Origin: Eledone cirrhosa
Taxonomy: Eukaryota
NCBI GenBank assembly: GCA_964016885.1
Contig: OZ024744.1
Span: 130,820,001 to 130,884,000, forward strand
DNA: 64,000 nt
Direction of reading: 5' to 3'
In this document: positions 46,646 through 59,517 of the stretch, in pieces
Numbering within the stretch: position 1 is the first letter of the stretch
Layout of the letters: the number at the start of each line of letters is the position of its first letter
Position numbers and translations under genes: made by a program
Notes under the pieces: generated by a model
Database searches by the model: none
What the model was told of the DNA's origin: nothing
The model's input: the letters and a program-made list of their open reading frames with translations, nothing else

Positions 46646-48394
46646 AGTCGGGGTTAAGTTAAGTTGGCGTTAAGTTAAGTTGGCGTTAAGTTAAGTTAGG
46701 CTTAACTTAAGTTGGGGTTCAGTTAAGTTGGGGGTAAGTTAAGTTGGGGGTAAGTTAAGTTGGGGGTAAGTTAAGTTGGGGTTAAGTTAAGTTGCGGTTA
46801 AGTTGGGGTTAAGTTAAGTTAGGGTTAAGTTAAGTTGGGGTTGAGTTAAGTTGGGGTTAATTAAGTGGTGGTTATGTTAAGTTGGGGTTAAGTTAAGTTG
46901 GGGTTAATTTAAATTGGGGTTAAGTTAACTTTGTGGTTAAGTTAAGTTGGGGTTAAGTTAAGTTGGGGTAAAGTTGGGGTTGAGTTAAGTTGGGGTTGAG
47001 TGAAGTTGGGGTTAAGTTAAGTTGGGGTTAAGTTAAGTTGGGGTTAAGATAAGTCGGGGTTAAGTTAAGTTGTGGTTGAGTTAAGTTGGGGTTAATTTAA
47101 GTTGGGGCTAAGTTAATTTGTGGTTAAGTTAAGTTGGGGTTAAGTTAATTGGGGTTAAGTTAAGTTGGGGTTGAGTTAAGTTGGGGTTGAGTTAATTTGG
47201 GGTTAAGTTAAGTTGGGGTTAAGTTAAGTTGGGTTTAAGTTAAGTTGGGGTTAAGTTAAGTTGGGGTTGAGTTAAGTTGGGGTTAAGTTGGGGTTAAGTT
47301 AAGTTAGGTTTAAGTTAAGTTGGGGTTAAGTTAAGTTGGGGTTAAGTTAAGTTGTGGTTAAGTTAAGTTGGGGTTAAGTTAAGTTGGGGTTAAGTTAAGT
47401 CGGGGTTAAGTTAAGTTGGGGTTAAGTTAAGTTGGGGTTAATTTAAGTTGGGGTTAAGTTAAGTTGGGGTTAAGTTAAGTTGGGGTTAAGTTAATTGGGG
47501 TTAAGTTAAGTTGGGGTTAAGTTAAGTTGAGGTTAAGTTAAGTTGGGGTTAAATTAAGTTTGGGTTAAGTTAAGTTGGGGTTAAGTTAAGTTGGGGTTAA
47601 GTTAAGTTGGGGTAAGTTAAGTTGGGGATAATTTAAGTTGGGGTTAAGTTAAGTTGGGTTGAAGTTAAGTTGGGGTTAAGTTAAGTTGGGGTTAAGTTAA
47701 GTTGGGGTTAAGTTAAGTTGGGGTTAAGTTAAGTTGGGGCTAAGTTAAGTTGGGGCTGAGTTAAGTTGGGGTTAAGTTACGTTGGGGTTAAGTTAAGTTG
47801 GGGTTAAGTTAAGTTGGGGTTAAGTTAAGTCGGGGTTAATTTAAGTCGGGGTTAAGTTAAGTTAGGGTTCAGTTAAGTTGGGGTTAAGTTAAGTTGGGGT
47901 TGAGTTAAGTTGGGGTTGAGTTAAATTGGGGTTGAGTTAAGTTGGGGTTGAGTTAAGTTGGTGTTGAGTTAAGTTGGGGTTAAGTTAAATTGAGGTTAAG
48001 TTAAGTTGCAGTTAAGTTAAGTTGAGGTTAAGTTAAGGTGCGGTTAAGTTAAGTTGGGGTTAAGTTAAGTTGGGGCTAAGTTAAGTTGGGGCTAAGTTAA
48101 GTTGGGGCTAAGTTAAGTTGGGGTTAAGTTAAGTTGGGGTTAAGTTAAGTCGGGGTTAAGTTAAGTTGGGGTTAAGTTAAGTTGGGGTTAATTTAAGTTG
48201 GGGTTAAGTTAAGTTGGGGTTAAGTTAAGTTGGGTTTAAGTTAAGTTGGGGTTAAGTTAAGTTGGGGTTAAGTTAAGTTGGGGTTAAGTTAAGTTGGTTA
48301 GTTAAGTTGAGTTTAAGTTAAGTTGGGGTTAATTTAAGTTGGGGTTAAGTTAAGTTGGGGTTAAGTTAAGTTGGGGTTAAGTTAAGTTGGGGTT

Positions 48395-48569
48395 AACCCC
48401 AACTTAACTTAACCCCAACTTCACTCAACCCCAACGTAACTCAACCCCAACTTAACTTAACCCCAACTTCACTCAACCCCAACTTAACTTAACCCCAACT
48501 TCACTCAACCCCAACTTCCAACTTGACTTAACCCCAACTTAACTTAGCCCCAACTTAACTTAAGCCCAA
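48395..48569 (-). repeat. Inverted satellite cassette 16 (flank type C)
   Basis: Same 175-bp C-rich block and junctions. Confidence 0.97.
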
Positions 48570-50149
48570 AGTCGGGGTTAAGTTAAGTTGGCGTTAAGTT
48601 AAGTTGGCGTTAAGTTAAGTTAGGCTTAACTTAAGTTGGGGTTCAGTTAAGTTGGGGGTAAGTTAAGTTGGGGGTAAGTTAAGTTGGGGGTAAGTTAAGT
48701 TGGGGTTAAGTTAAGTTGCGGTTAAGTTGGGGTTAAGTTAAGTTAGGGTTAAGTTAAGTTGGGGTTGAGTTAAGTTGGGGTTAATTAAGTGGTGGTTATG
48801 TTAAGTTGGGGTTAAGTTAAGTTGGGGTTAATTTAAATTGGGGTTAAGTTAACTTTGTGGTTAAGTTAAGTTGGGGTTAAGTTAAGTTGGGGTAAAGTTG
48901 GGGTTGAGTTAAGTTGGGGTTGAGTGAAGTTGGGGTTAAGTTAAGTTGGGGTTAAGTTAAGTTGGGGTTAAGATAAGTCGGGGTTAAGTTAAGTTGTGGT
49001 TGAGTTAAGTTGGGGTTAATTTAAGTTGGGGCTAAGTTAATTTGTGGTTAAGTTAAGTTGGGGTTAAGTTAAGTTGGGGTTAAGTTAAGTTGGGGTTGAG
49101 TTAAGTTGGGGCTGAGTTAATTTGGGTTTAAGTTAAGTTGGGGTTAAGTTAAGTTGGGTTTAAGTTAAGTTGGGGTTAAATTAAGTTGGGGTTAAATTAA
49201 GTTGGGGTTAAGTTAAGTTGGGGGTAAGTTAAGTTGGGGGCAAGTTAAGTTGGGGTTAATTTAAGTTGGGGTTAAATTAAGTTGGGGTTACGTTAAGTTG
49301 GTGTTAAGTTAAGTTGGGGTTAATTTAAGTTGGGGTTAATTAAGTTGGGGTTAAGTTAAGTTGGGGTTAAGTTAAGTTGGGGTTAATTTAAGTTGGGGTT
49401 GAGTTAAGTTGGGGTTAAGTTAAGTTGGGGTTATATTAAGTTGGGGTTAAGTTAAGTTGGGGTTCAGTTAAGTTGGGGTTAAGTTAAGTTGGGGTTAAGT
49501 TAAGTTGAGGTTAAGTTAAGTTGGGGTTAAGTTAAGTTGGTGTTAAGTTAAGTTGGGGCTAAGTTAAGTTGGGGCTGAGTTAAGTTGGGGCTGAGTTAAG
49601 TTGGGGCTAAGTTAAGTTGGGGTTGAGTTAAGTTGGGGTTAAGTTAAGTTAGGTTTAAGTTAAGTTGGGGTTAAGTTAAGTTGGGGTTAAGTTAAGTTGG
49701 GGTTAAGTTAAGTTGGGGTTAAGTTAAGTTGGGGTTAAGTTAAATTGAGGTTAAGTTAAGTTGCAGTTAAGTTAAGTTGAGGTTAAGTTAAGGTGCGGTT
49801 AAGTTAAGTTGGGGTTGAGTTAAGTTGGGGCTAAGTTAAGTTGGGGCTAAGTTAAGTTGGGGCTAAGTTAAGTTGGGGTTAAGTTAAGTTGGGGTTAAGT
49901 TAAGTCGGGGTTAAGTTAAGTTGGGGTTAAGTTAAGTTGGAGTTAATTTAAGTTGGGGTTAAGTTAAGTTGGGGTTAAGTTAAGTTGGGTTTAAGTTAAG
50001 TTGGGGTTAAGTTAAGTTGGGGTTAAGTTAAGTTGGGGTTAAGTTAAGTTGGTTAGTTAAGTTGAGTTTAAGTTAAGTTGGGGTTAATTTATGTTGGGGT
50101 TAAGTTAAGTTGGGGTTAAGTTAAGTTGGGGTTAAGTTAAGTTGGGGTT

Positions 50150-50324
50150 AACCCCAACTTAACTTAACCCCAACTTCACTCAACCCCAACGTAACTCAAC
50201 CCCAACTTAACTTAACCCCAACTTCACTCAACCCCAACTTAACTTAACCCCAACTTCACTCAACCCCAACTTCCAACTTGACTTAACCCCAACTTAACTT
50301 AGCCCCAACTTAACTTAAGCCCAA
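50150..50324 (-). repeat. Inverted satellite cassette 17 (flank type C)
   Basis: Same 175-bp C-rich block and junctions. Confidence 0.97.
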
Positions 50325-53039
50325 AGTCGGGGTTAAGTTAAGTTGGCGTTAAGTTAAGTTGGCGTTAAGTTAAGTTAGGCTTAACTTAAGTTGGGGTTCA
50401 GTTAAGTTGGGGGTAAGTTAAGTTGGGGGTAAGTTAAGTTGGGGGTAAGTTAAGTTGGGGTTAAGTTAAGTTGCGGTTAAGTTGGGGTTAAGTTAAGTTA
50501 GGGTTAAGTTAAGTTGGGGTTGAGTTAAGTTGGGGTTAATTAAGTGGTGGTTATGTTAAGTTGGGGTTAAGTTAAGTTGGGGTTAATTTAAATTGGGGTT
50601 AAGTTAACTTTGTGGTTAAGTTAAGTTGGGGTTAAGTTAAGTTGGGGTAAAGTTGGGGTTGAGTTAAGTTGGGGTTGAGTGAAGTTGGGGTTAAGTTAAG
50701 TTGGGGTTAAGTTAAGTTGGGGTTAAGATAAGTCGGGGTTAAGTTAAGTTGTGGTTGAGTTAAGTTGGGGTTAATTTAAGTTGGGGCTAAGTTAATTTGT
50801 GGTTAAGTTAAGTTGGGGTTAAGTTAATTGGGGTTAAGTTAAGTTGGGGTTGAGTTAAGTTGGGGTTGAGTTAATTTGGGGTTAAGTTAAGTTGGGGTTA
50901 AGTTAAGTTGGGTTTAAGTTAAGTTGGGGTTAAATTAAGTTGGGGTTAAATTAAGTTGGGGTTAAGTTAAGTTGGGGGTAAGTTAAGTTGGGGGTAAGTT
51001 AAGTTGGGGTTAAGTTAAGTTGCGGTTAAGTTGGGGTTAAGTTAAGTTAGGGTTAAGTTAAGTTGGGGTTGAGTTAAGTTGGGGTTAATTAAGTGGTGGT
51101 TATGTTAAATTGGGGTTAAGTTAAGTTGGGGTTAAGTTAAGTTGGGGTTAAGTTAAGTTGGGGTAAAGTCGGGGTTGAGTTAAGTTGGGGTTGAGTGAAG
51201 TTGGGGTTAAGTTAAGTTGGGGTTAAGTTAAGTTGGGGTTAAGATAAGTCGGGGTTAAGTTAAGTTGTGGTTGAGTTAAGTTGGGGTTAATTTAAGTTGG
51301 GGCTAAGTTAATTTGTGGTTAAGTTAAGTTGGGGTTAAGTTAAGTTGGGGTTAAGTTAAGTTGGGGTTGAGTTAAGTTGGGGTTGAGTTAATTTGGGGTT
51401 AAGTTAAGTTGGGGTTAAGTTAAGTTGGGTTTAAGTTAAGTTGGGGTTAAATTAAGTTGGGGTTAAATTAAGTTGGGGTTAAGTTAAGTTGGGGGTAAGT
51501 TAAGTTGGGGGCAAGTTAAGTTGGGGTTAATTTAAGTTGGGGCTAAGTTAAGTTGGGGCTGAGTTAAGTTGGGGTTAAGTTAAGTTGGGGTTAAGTTAAG
51601 TTGGGGTTAAGTTAAGTTGGGGTTAATTTAAGTTGGGGTTAAGTTAAGTTGCGGGTAATTTAAGTTGGGGTTAAGTTAAGTTGGGGTTAAGTTAAGTTGG
51701 GGCTAATTTAAGTTGGGGCTGAGTTAAGTTGGGGTTAAGTTAAGTTGGGGTTAAGTTAAGTTGGGTTAAGTTAAGTTGGGGTTAAGTTAAGTTGGGGTTA
51801 AGTTAAGTTGGGGTTAAGTTAAGTTAGGGTTAAGTTAAGTTGAGGTTAAGTTAAGTTGGGGTTAAGTTAAGTTGGGGATAAGTTAAGTTGGGGTTAAGTT
51901 AAGTTGGGGTTAAGTTAAGTTGGGGATAAGTTAAGTTGGGGATAATTTAAGTTGGGGTTAAGTTAAGTTGGGTTTAAGTTAAGTTGGGGTTAAGTTAAGT
52001 TGGGGTTAAGTTAAGTTGGGGTTAAGTTAAGTTGGGGTTAAGTTAAGTTGGGGCTAAGTTAAGTTGGGGCTGAGTTAAGTTGGGGTTAAGTTAAGTTGGG
52101 GTTAAGTTAAGTTGGGGTTAAGTTAAGTTGGGGTTAATTTAAGTTGGGGTTAAGTTAAGTTGCGGGTAATTTAAGTTGGGGTTAAGTTAAGTTGGGGTTA
52201 AGTTAAGTTGGGGCTAATTTAAGTTGGGGCTGAGTTAAGTTGGGGTTAAGTTAAGTTGGGGTTAAGTTAAGTTGGGGTTAAGTTAAGTTGGGGTTAAGTT
52301 AAGTTGGGGTTTATTTAAGTTGGGGTTAAGTTAAGTTGGGGTTCAGTTAAGTTGGGGTTCAGTTAAGTTGGGGTTGAGTTAAGTTGGGGTTAAGATGGGG
52401 TTAAATTACGTTGGAGTTAAGTTAAGTTGGGGTTAAGTTAAGTTGGGGTTAAGTTAAGTTGGGGTTAAGTTAAGTCGGGGTTAATTTAAGTCGGGGTTAA
52501 GTTAAGTTAGGGTTCAGTTAAGTTGGGGTTAAGTTAAGTTGGGGTTGAGTTAAGTTGGGGTTGAGTTAAATTGGGGTTGAGTTAAGTTGGGGTTGAGTTA
52601 AGTTGGTGTTGAGTTAAGTTGGGGTTAAGTTAAATTGGGGTTAAATTAAGTTGCAGTTAAGTTAAGTTGAGGTTAAGTTAAGGTGCGGTTAAGTTAAGTT
52701 GGGGTTAAGTTAAGTTGGGGCTAAGTTAAGTTGGGGCTAAGTTAAGTTGGGGCTAAGTTAAGTTGGGGTTAAGTTAAGTTGGGGTTAAGTTAAGTCGGGG
52801 TTAAGTTAAGTTGGGGTTAAGTTAAGTTGGGGTTAATTTAAGTTGGGGTTAAGTTAAGTTGGGGTTAAGTTAAGTTGGGTTTAAGTTAAGTTGGGGTTAA
52901 GTTAAGTTGGGGTTAAGTTAAGTTGGGGTTAAGTTAAGTTGGTTAGTTAAGTTGAGTTTAAGTTAAGTTGGGGTTAATTTAAGTTGGGGTTAAGTTAAGT
53001 TGGGGTTAAGTTAAGTTGGGGTTAAGTTAAGTTGGGGTT

Positions 53040-53214
53040 AACCCCAACTTAACTTAACCCCAACTTCACTCAACCCCAACGTAACTCAACCCCAACTTAA
53101 CTTAACCCCAACTTCACTCAACCCCAACTTAACTTAACCCCAACTTCACTCAACCCCAACTTCCAACTTGACTTAACCCCAACTTAACTTAGCCCCAACT
53201 TAACTTAAGCCCAA
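53040..53214 (-). repeat. Inverted satellite cassette 18 (flank type D)
   Basis: Same 175-bp C-rich block and junctions. Confidence 0.97.
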
Positions 53215-54581
53215 AGTCGGGGTTAAGTTAAGTTGGCGTTAAGTTAAGTTAGGCTTAACTTAAGTTGGGGTTCAGTTAAGTTGGGGGTAAGTTAAGTTGG
53301 GGGTAAGTTAAGTTGGGGGTAAGTTAAGTTGGGGTTAAGTTAAGTTGCGGTTAAGTTGGGGTTAAGTTAAGTTAGGGTTAAGTTAAGTTGGGGTTGAGTT
53401 AAGTTGGGGTTAATTAAGTGGTGGTTATGTTAAGTTGGGGTTAAGTTAAGTTGGGGTTAAGTTAAGTTGGGGTTAAGTTAAGTTGGGGTAAAGTTGGGGT
53501 TGAGTTAAGTTGGGGTTGAGTGAAGTTGGGGTTAATTTAAGTTGGGGCTAAGTTAATTTGTGGTTAAGTTAAGTTGGGGTTAAGTTAAGTTGGGGTTAAG
53601 TTAAGTTGGGGTTGAGTTAAGTTGGGGTTGAGTTAATTTGGGGTTAAGTTAAGTTGGGGTTAAGTTAAGTTGGATTTAAGTTAAGTTGGGGTTAAATTAA
53701 GTTGGGGTTAAATTAAGTTGGGGTTAAGTTAAGTTGGGGGTAAGTTAAGTTGGGGGCAAGTTAAGTTGGGGTTAAGTTAAGTTGGGGCTAATTTAAGTTG
53801 TGGCTGAGTTAAGTTGGGGTTAAGTTAAGTTGGGGTTAAGTTAAGTTGGGGTTAAGTTAAGTTGGGGTTAAGTTAAGTTGGGGTTTATTTAAGTTGGGGT
53901 TAAGTTAAGTTGGGGTTCAGTTAAGTTGGGGTTCAGTTAAGTTGGGGTTAAGTTAAGTTGGGGTTAAGATGGGGTTAAATTACGTTGGAGTTAAGTTAAG
54001 TTGGGGTTAAGTTAAGTTGGGGTTAAGTTAAGTTGGGGTTAAGTTAAGTCGGGGTTAATTTAAGTCGGGGTTAAGTTAAGTTAGGGTTCAGTTAAGTTGG
54101 GGTTAAGTTAAGTTGGGGTTGAGTTAAGTTGGGGTTGAGTTAAATTGGGGTTGAGTTAAGTTGGGGTTGAGTTAAGTTGGTGTTGAGTTAAGTTGGGGTT
54201 AAGTTAAATTGGGGTTAAATTAAGTTGCAGTTAAGTTAAGTTGAGGTTAAGTTAAGGTGCGGTTAAGTTAAGTTGGGGTTAAGTTAAGTTGGGGCTAAGT
54301 TAAGTTGGGGCTAAGTTAAGTTGGGGCTAAGTTAAGTTGGGGTTAAGTTAAGTTGGGGTTAAGTTAAGTCGGGGTTAAGTTAAGTTGGGGTTAAGTTAAG
54401 TTGGAGTTAATTTAAGTTGGGGTTAAGTTAAGTTGGGGTTAAGTTAAGTTGGGTTTAAGTTAAGTTGGGGTTAAGTTAAGTTGGGGTTAAGTTAAGTTGG
54501 TTAGTTAAGTTGAGTTTAAGTTAAGTTGGGGTTAATTTAATTTGGGGTTAAGTTAAGTTGGGGTTAAGTTAAGTTGGGGTT

Positions 54582-54756
54582 AACCCCAACTTAACTTAAC
54601 CCCAACTTCACTCAACCCCAACGTAACTCAACCCCAACTTAACTTAACCCCAACTTCACTCAACCCCAACTTAACTTAACCCCAACTTCACTCAACCCCA
54701 ACTTCCAACTTGACTTAACCCCAACTTAACTTAGCCCCAACTTAACTTAAGCCCAA
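54582..54756 (-). repeat. Inverted satellite cassette 19 (flank type D)
   Basis: Same 175-bp C-rich block and junctions. Confidence 0.97.
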
Positions 54757-55696
54757 AGTCGGGGTTAAGTTAAGTTGGCGTTAAGTTAAGTTAGGCTTAA
54801 CTTAAGTTGGGGTTCAGTTAAGTTGGGGGTAAGTTAAGTTGGGGGTAAGTTAAGTTGGGGGTAAGTTAAGTTGGGGTTAAGTTAAGTTGCGGTTAAGTTG
54901 GGGTTAAGTTAAGTTAGGGTTAAGTTAAGTTGGGGTTGAGTTAAGTTGGGGTTAATTAAGTGGTGGTTATGTTAAGTTGGGGTTAAGTTAAGTTGGGGTT
55001 AAGTTAAGTTGGGGTTAAGTTAAGTTGGGGTTTATTTAAGTTGGGGTTAAGTTAAGTTGGGGTTCAGTTAAGTTGGGGTTCAGTTAAGTTGGGGTTAAGT
55101 TAAGTTGGGGTTAAGATGGGGTTAAATTACGTTGGAGTTAAGTTAAGTTGGGGTTAAGTTAAGTTGGGGTTAAGTTAAGTTGGGGTTAAGTTAAGTCGGG
55201 GTTAATTTAAGTCGGGGCTAAGTTAAGTTAGGGTTCAGTTAAGTTGGGGTTAAGTTAAGTTGGGGTTGAGTTAAGTTGGGGTTGAGTTAAATTGGGGTTC
55301 AGTTAAGTTGGGGTTGAGTTAAGTTGGTGTTGAGTTAAGTTGGGGTTAAGTTAAATTGGGGTTAAATTAAGTTGCAGTTAAGTTAAGTTGAGGTTAAGTT
55401 AAGGTGCGGTTAAGTTAAGTTGGGGTTAAGTTAAGTTGGGGCTAAGTTAAGTTGGGGCTAAGTTAAGTTGGGGCTAAGTTAAGTTGGGGTTAAGTTAAGT
55501 TGGGGTTAAGTTAAGTCGGGGTTAAGTTAAGTTGGGGTTAAGTTAAGTTGGGGTTAATTTAAGTTGGGGTTAAGTTAAGTTGGGGTTAAGTTAAGTTGGG
55601 TTTAAGATAAGTTGGTTAGTTAAGTTGAGTTTAAGTTAAGTTGGGGTTAATTTAAGTTGGGGTTAAGTTAAGTTGGGGTTAAGTTAAGTTGGGGTT

Positions 55697-55871
55697 AACC
55701 CCAACTTAACTTAACCCCAACTTCACTCAACCCCAACGTAACTCAACCCCAACTTAACTTAACCCCAACTTCACTCAACCCCAACTTAACTTAACCCCAA
55801 CTTCACTCAACCCCAACTTCCAACTTGACTTAACCCCAACTTAACTTAGCCCCAACTTAACTTAAGCCCAA
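55697..55871 (-). repeat. Inverted satellite cassette 20 (flank type D)
   Basis: Same 175-bp C-rich block and junctions. Confidence 0.97.
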
Positions 55872-57177
55872 AGTCGGGGTTAAGTTAAGTTGGCGTTAAG
55901 TTAAGTTAGGCTTAACTTAAGTTGGGGTTCAGTTAAGTTGGGGGTAAGTTAAGTTGGGGGTAAGTTAAGTTGGGGGTAAGTTAAGTTGGGGTTAAGTTAA
56001 GTTGCGGTTAAGTTGGGGTTAAGTTAAGTTAGGGTTAAGTTAAGTTGGGGTTGAGTTAAGTTGGGGTTAATTAAGTGGTGGTTATGTTAAGTTGGGGTTA
56101 AGTTAAGTTGGGGTTAAGTTAAGTTGGGGTAAAGTTGGGGTTGAGTTAAGTTGGGGTTGAGTGAAGTTGGGGTTAAGTTAAGTTGGGGTTAAGTTAAGTT
56201 GGGGTTAAGATAAGTCGGTGTTAAGTTAAGTTGTGGTTGAGTTAAGTTGGGGTTAATTTAAGTTGGGGCTAAGTTAATTTGTGGTTAAGTTAAGTTGGGG
56301 TTAAGTTAAGTTGGGGTTAAGTTAAGTTGGGGTTGAGTTAAGTTGGGGTTGAGTTAATTTGGGGTTAAGTTAAGTTGGGGTTAAGTTAAGTTGGGTTTAA
56401 GTTAAGTTGGGGTTAAATTAAGTTGGGGTTAAATTAAGTTGGGGTTAAGTTAAGTTGGGGGTAAGTTAAGTTGGGGGCAAGTTAAGTTGGGGTTAATTTA
56501 AGTTGGGGCTAAGTTAAGTTGGGGCTGAGTTAAGTTGGGGTTAAGTTAAGTTGGGGTTAAGTTAAGTTGGGGTTAAGTTAAGTTGGGGTTAATTTAAGTT
56601 GGGGTTAAGTTAAGTTGCGGGTAATTTAAGTTGGGGTTAAGTTAAGTTGGGGTTAAGTTAAGTTGGGGCTAATTTAAGTTGGGGCTGAGTTAAGTTGGGG
56701 TTAAGTTAAGTTGGGGTTAAGTTAAGTTGGGGTTAAGTTAAGTTGGGGTTAAGTTAAGTTGGGGTTTATTTAAGTTGGGGTTAAGTTAAGTTGGGGTTCA
56801 GTTAAGTTGGGGTTCAGTTAAGTTGGGGTTAAGTTAAGTTGGGGTTAAGATGGGGTTAAATTACGTTGGAGTTAAGTTAAGTTGGGGTTAAGTTAAGTTG
56901 GGGTTAAGTTAAGTTGGGGTTAAGTTAAGTCGGGGTTAATTTAAGTCGGGGTTAAGTTAAGTTAGGGTTCAGTTAAGTTGGGGTTAAGTTAAGTTGGGGT
57001 TGAGTTAAGTTGGGGTTGAGTTAAATTGGGGTTGAGTTAAGTTGGGGTTGAGTTAAGTTGGTGTTGAGTTAAGTTGGGGTTAAGTTAAATTGGGGTTAAA
57101 TTAAGTTGCAGTTAAGTTAAGTTGAGGTTAAGTTAAGGTGCGGTTAAGTTAAGTTGGGGTTAAGTTAAGTTGGGGTT

Positions 57178-57352
57178 AACCCCAACTTAACTTAACCCCA
57201 ACTTCACTCAACCCCAACGTAACTCAACCCCAACTTAACTTAACCCCAACTTCACTCAACCCCAACTTAACTTAACCTCAACTTCACTCAACCCCAACTT
57301 CCAACTTGACTTAACCCCAACTTAACTTAGCCCCAACTTAACTTAAGCCCAA
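57178..57352 (-). repeat. Inverted satellite cassette 21 (flank type D; private variant AACCTCAA, usual upstream flank missing)
   Basis: Same block, with CCTC instead of CCCC near 57278. Confidence 0.97.
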
Positions 57353-59342
57353 AGTCGGGGTTAAGTTAAGTTGGCGTTAAGTTAAGTTAGGCTTAACTTA
57401 AGTTGGGGTTCAGTTAAGTTGGGGGTAAGTTAAGTTGGGGGTAAGTTAAGTTGGGGGTAAGTTAAGTTGGGGTTAAGTTAAGTTGCGGTTAAGTTGGGGT
57501 TAATTTAAGTTAGGGTTAAGTTAAGTTGGGGTTGAGTTAAGTTGGGGTTAATTAAGTGGTGGTTATGTTAAGTTGGGGTTAAGTTAAGTTGGGGTTAAGT
57601 TAAGTTGGGGTTAAGTTAAGTTGGGGTAAAGTTGGGGTTGAGTTAAGTTGGGGTTGAGTGAAGTTGGGGTTAAGTTAAGTTGGGGTTAAGTTAAGTTGGG
57701 GTTAAGATAAGTCGGGGTTAAGTTAAGTTGTGGTTGAGTTAAGTTGGGGTTAATTTAAGTTGGGGCTAAGTTAATTTGTGGTTAAGTTAAGTTGGGGTTA
57801 AGTTAAGTTGGGGTTAAGTTAAGTTGGGGTTGAGTTAAGTTGGGGTTGAGTTAATTTGGGGTTAAGTTAAGTTGGGGTTAAGTTAAGTTGGGTTTAAGTT
57901 AAGTTGGGGTTAAATTAAATTGGGGTTAAATTAAGTTGGGGTTAATTTAAGTTGGGGGTAAGTTAAGTTGGGGGCAAGTTAAGTTGGGGTTAATTTAAGT
58001 TGGGGTTAAATTAAGTTGGTGTTAAGTTAAGTTGGGGTTAATTTAAGTTGGGGTTAATTAAGTTGGGGTTAAGTTAAGTTGGGGTTAAGTTAAGTTGGGG
58101 TTAATTTAAGTTGGGGTTGAGTTAAGTTGGGGTTAAGTTAAGTTGGGGTTATATTAAGTTGGGGTTAAGTTAAGTTGGGGTTCAGTTAAATTGGGGTTAA
58201 ATTAAGTTGCAGTTAAGTTAAGTTGAGGTTAAGTTAAGGTGCGGTTAAGTTAAGTTGGGGTTAAGTTAAGTTGGGGTTAAGTTAAGTCGGGGTTAAGTTA
58301 AGTTGGGGTTAAGTTAAGTTGGGGTTAAGTTAAGTTGGGGTTAAGTTAAGTTGGGGCTAAGTTAAGTTGGGGCTGAGTTAAGTTGGGGTTAAGTTAAGTT
58401 GGGGTTAAGTTAAGTTGGGGTTAAGTTAAGTTGGGGTTAATTTAAGTTGGGGTTAAGTTAAGTTGCGGGTAATTTAAGTTGGGGTTAAGTTAAGTTGGGG
58501 TTAAGTTAAGTTGGGGCTAATTTAAGTTGGGGCTGAGTTAAGTTGGGGTTAAGTTAAGTTGGGGTTAAGTTAAGTTGGGGTTAAGTTAAGTTGGGGTTAA
58601 GTTAAGTTGGGGTTTATTTAAGTTGGGGTTAAGTTAAGTTGGGGTTCAGTTAATTTGGGGTTCAGTTAAGTTGGGGTTAAGTTAAGTTGGGGTTAAGATG
58701 GGGTTAAATTACGTTGGAGTTAAGTTAAGTTGGGGTTAAGTTAAGTTGGGGTTAAGTTAAGTTGGGGTTAAGTTAAGTCGGGGTTAATTTAAGTCGGGGT
58801 TAAGTTAAGTTAGGGTTCAGTTAAGTTGGGGTTAAGTTAAGTTGGGGTTGAGTTAAGTTGGGGTTGAGTTAAATTGGGGTTGAGTTAAGTTGGGATTGAG
58901 TTAAGTTGGTGTTGAGTTAAGTTGGGGTTAAGTTAAATTGGGGTTAAATTAAGTTGCAGTTAAGTTAAGTTGAGGTTAAGTTAAGGTGCGGTTAAGTTAA
59001 GTTGGGGTTAAGTTAAGTTGGGGCTAAGTTAAGTTGGGGCTAAGTTAAGTTGGGGCTAAGTTAAGTTGGGGTTAAGTTAAGTTGGGGTTAAGTTAAGTCG
59101 GGGTTAAGTTAAGTTGGGGTTAAGTTAAGTTGGGGTTAATTTAAGTTGGGGTTAAGTTAAGTTGGGGTTAAGTTAAGTTGGGTTTAAGTTAAGTTGGGGT
59201 TAAGTTAAGTTGGGGTTAAGTTAAGTTGGGGTTAAGTTAAGTTGGTTAGTTAAGTTGAGTTTAAGTTAAGTTGGGGTTAATTTAAGTTGGGGTTAAGTTA
59301 AGTTGGGGTTAAGTTAAGTTGGGGTTAAGTTAAGTTGGGGTT

Positions 59343-59517
59343 AACCCCAACTTAACTTAACCCCAACTTCACTCAACCCCAACGTAACTCAACCCCAACT
59401 TAACTTAACCCCAACTTCACTCAACCCCAACTTAACTTAACCCCAACTTCACTCAACCCCAACTTCCAACTTGACTTAACCCCAACTTAACTTAGCCCCA
59501 ACTTAACTTAAGCCCAA
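59343..59517 (-). repeat. Inverted satellite cassette 22 (flank type D)
   Basis: Same 175-bp C-rich block and junctions. Confidence 0.97.

Larger units (their letters stand above)
40480..50930 (+). repeat. 3,679-bp higher-order repeat (1755+1924 bp dimer), ~2.8 copies
   Basis: Cassette starts at 41037, 42792, 44716, 46471, 48395 and 50150 give alternating spacings of 1755/1924/1755/1924/1755, and the variant order is conserved between copies. Confidence 0.92.
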
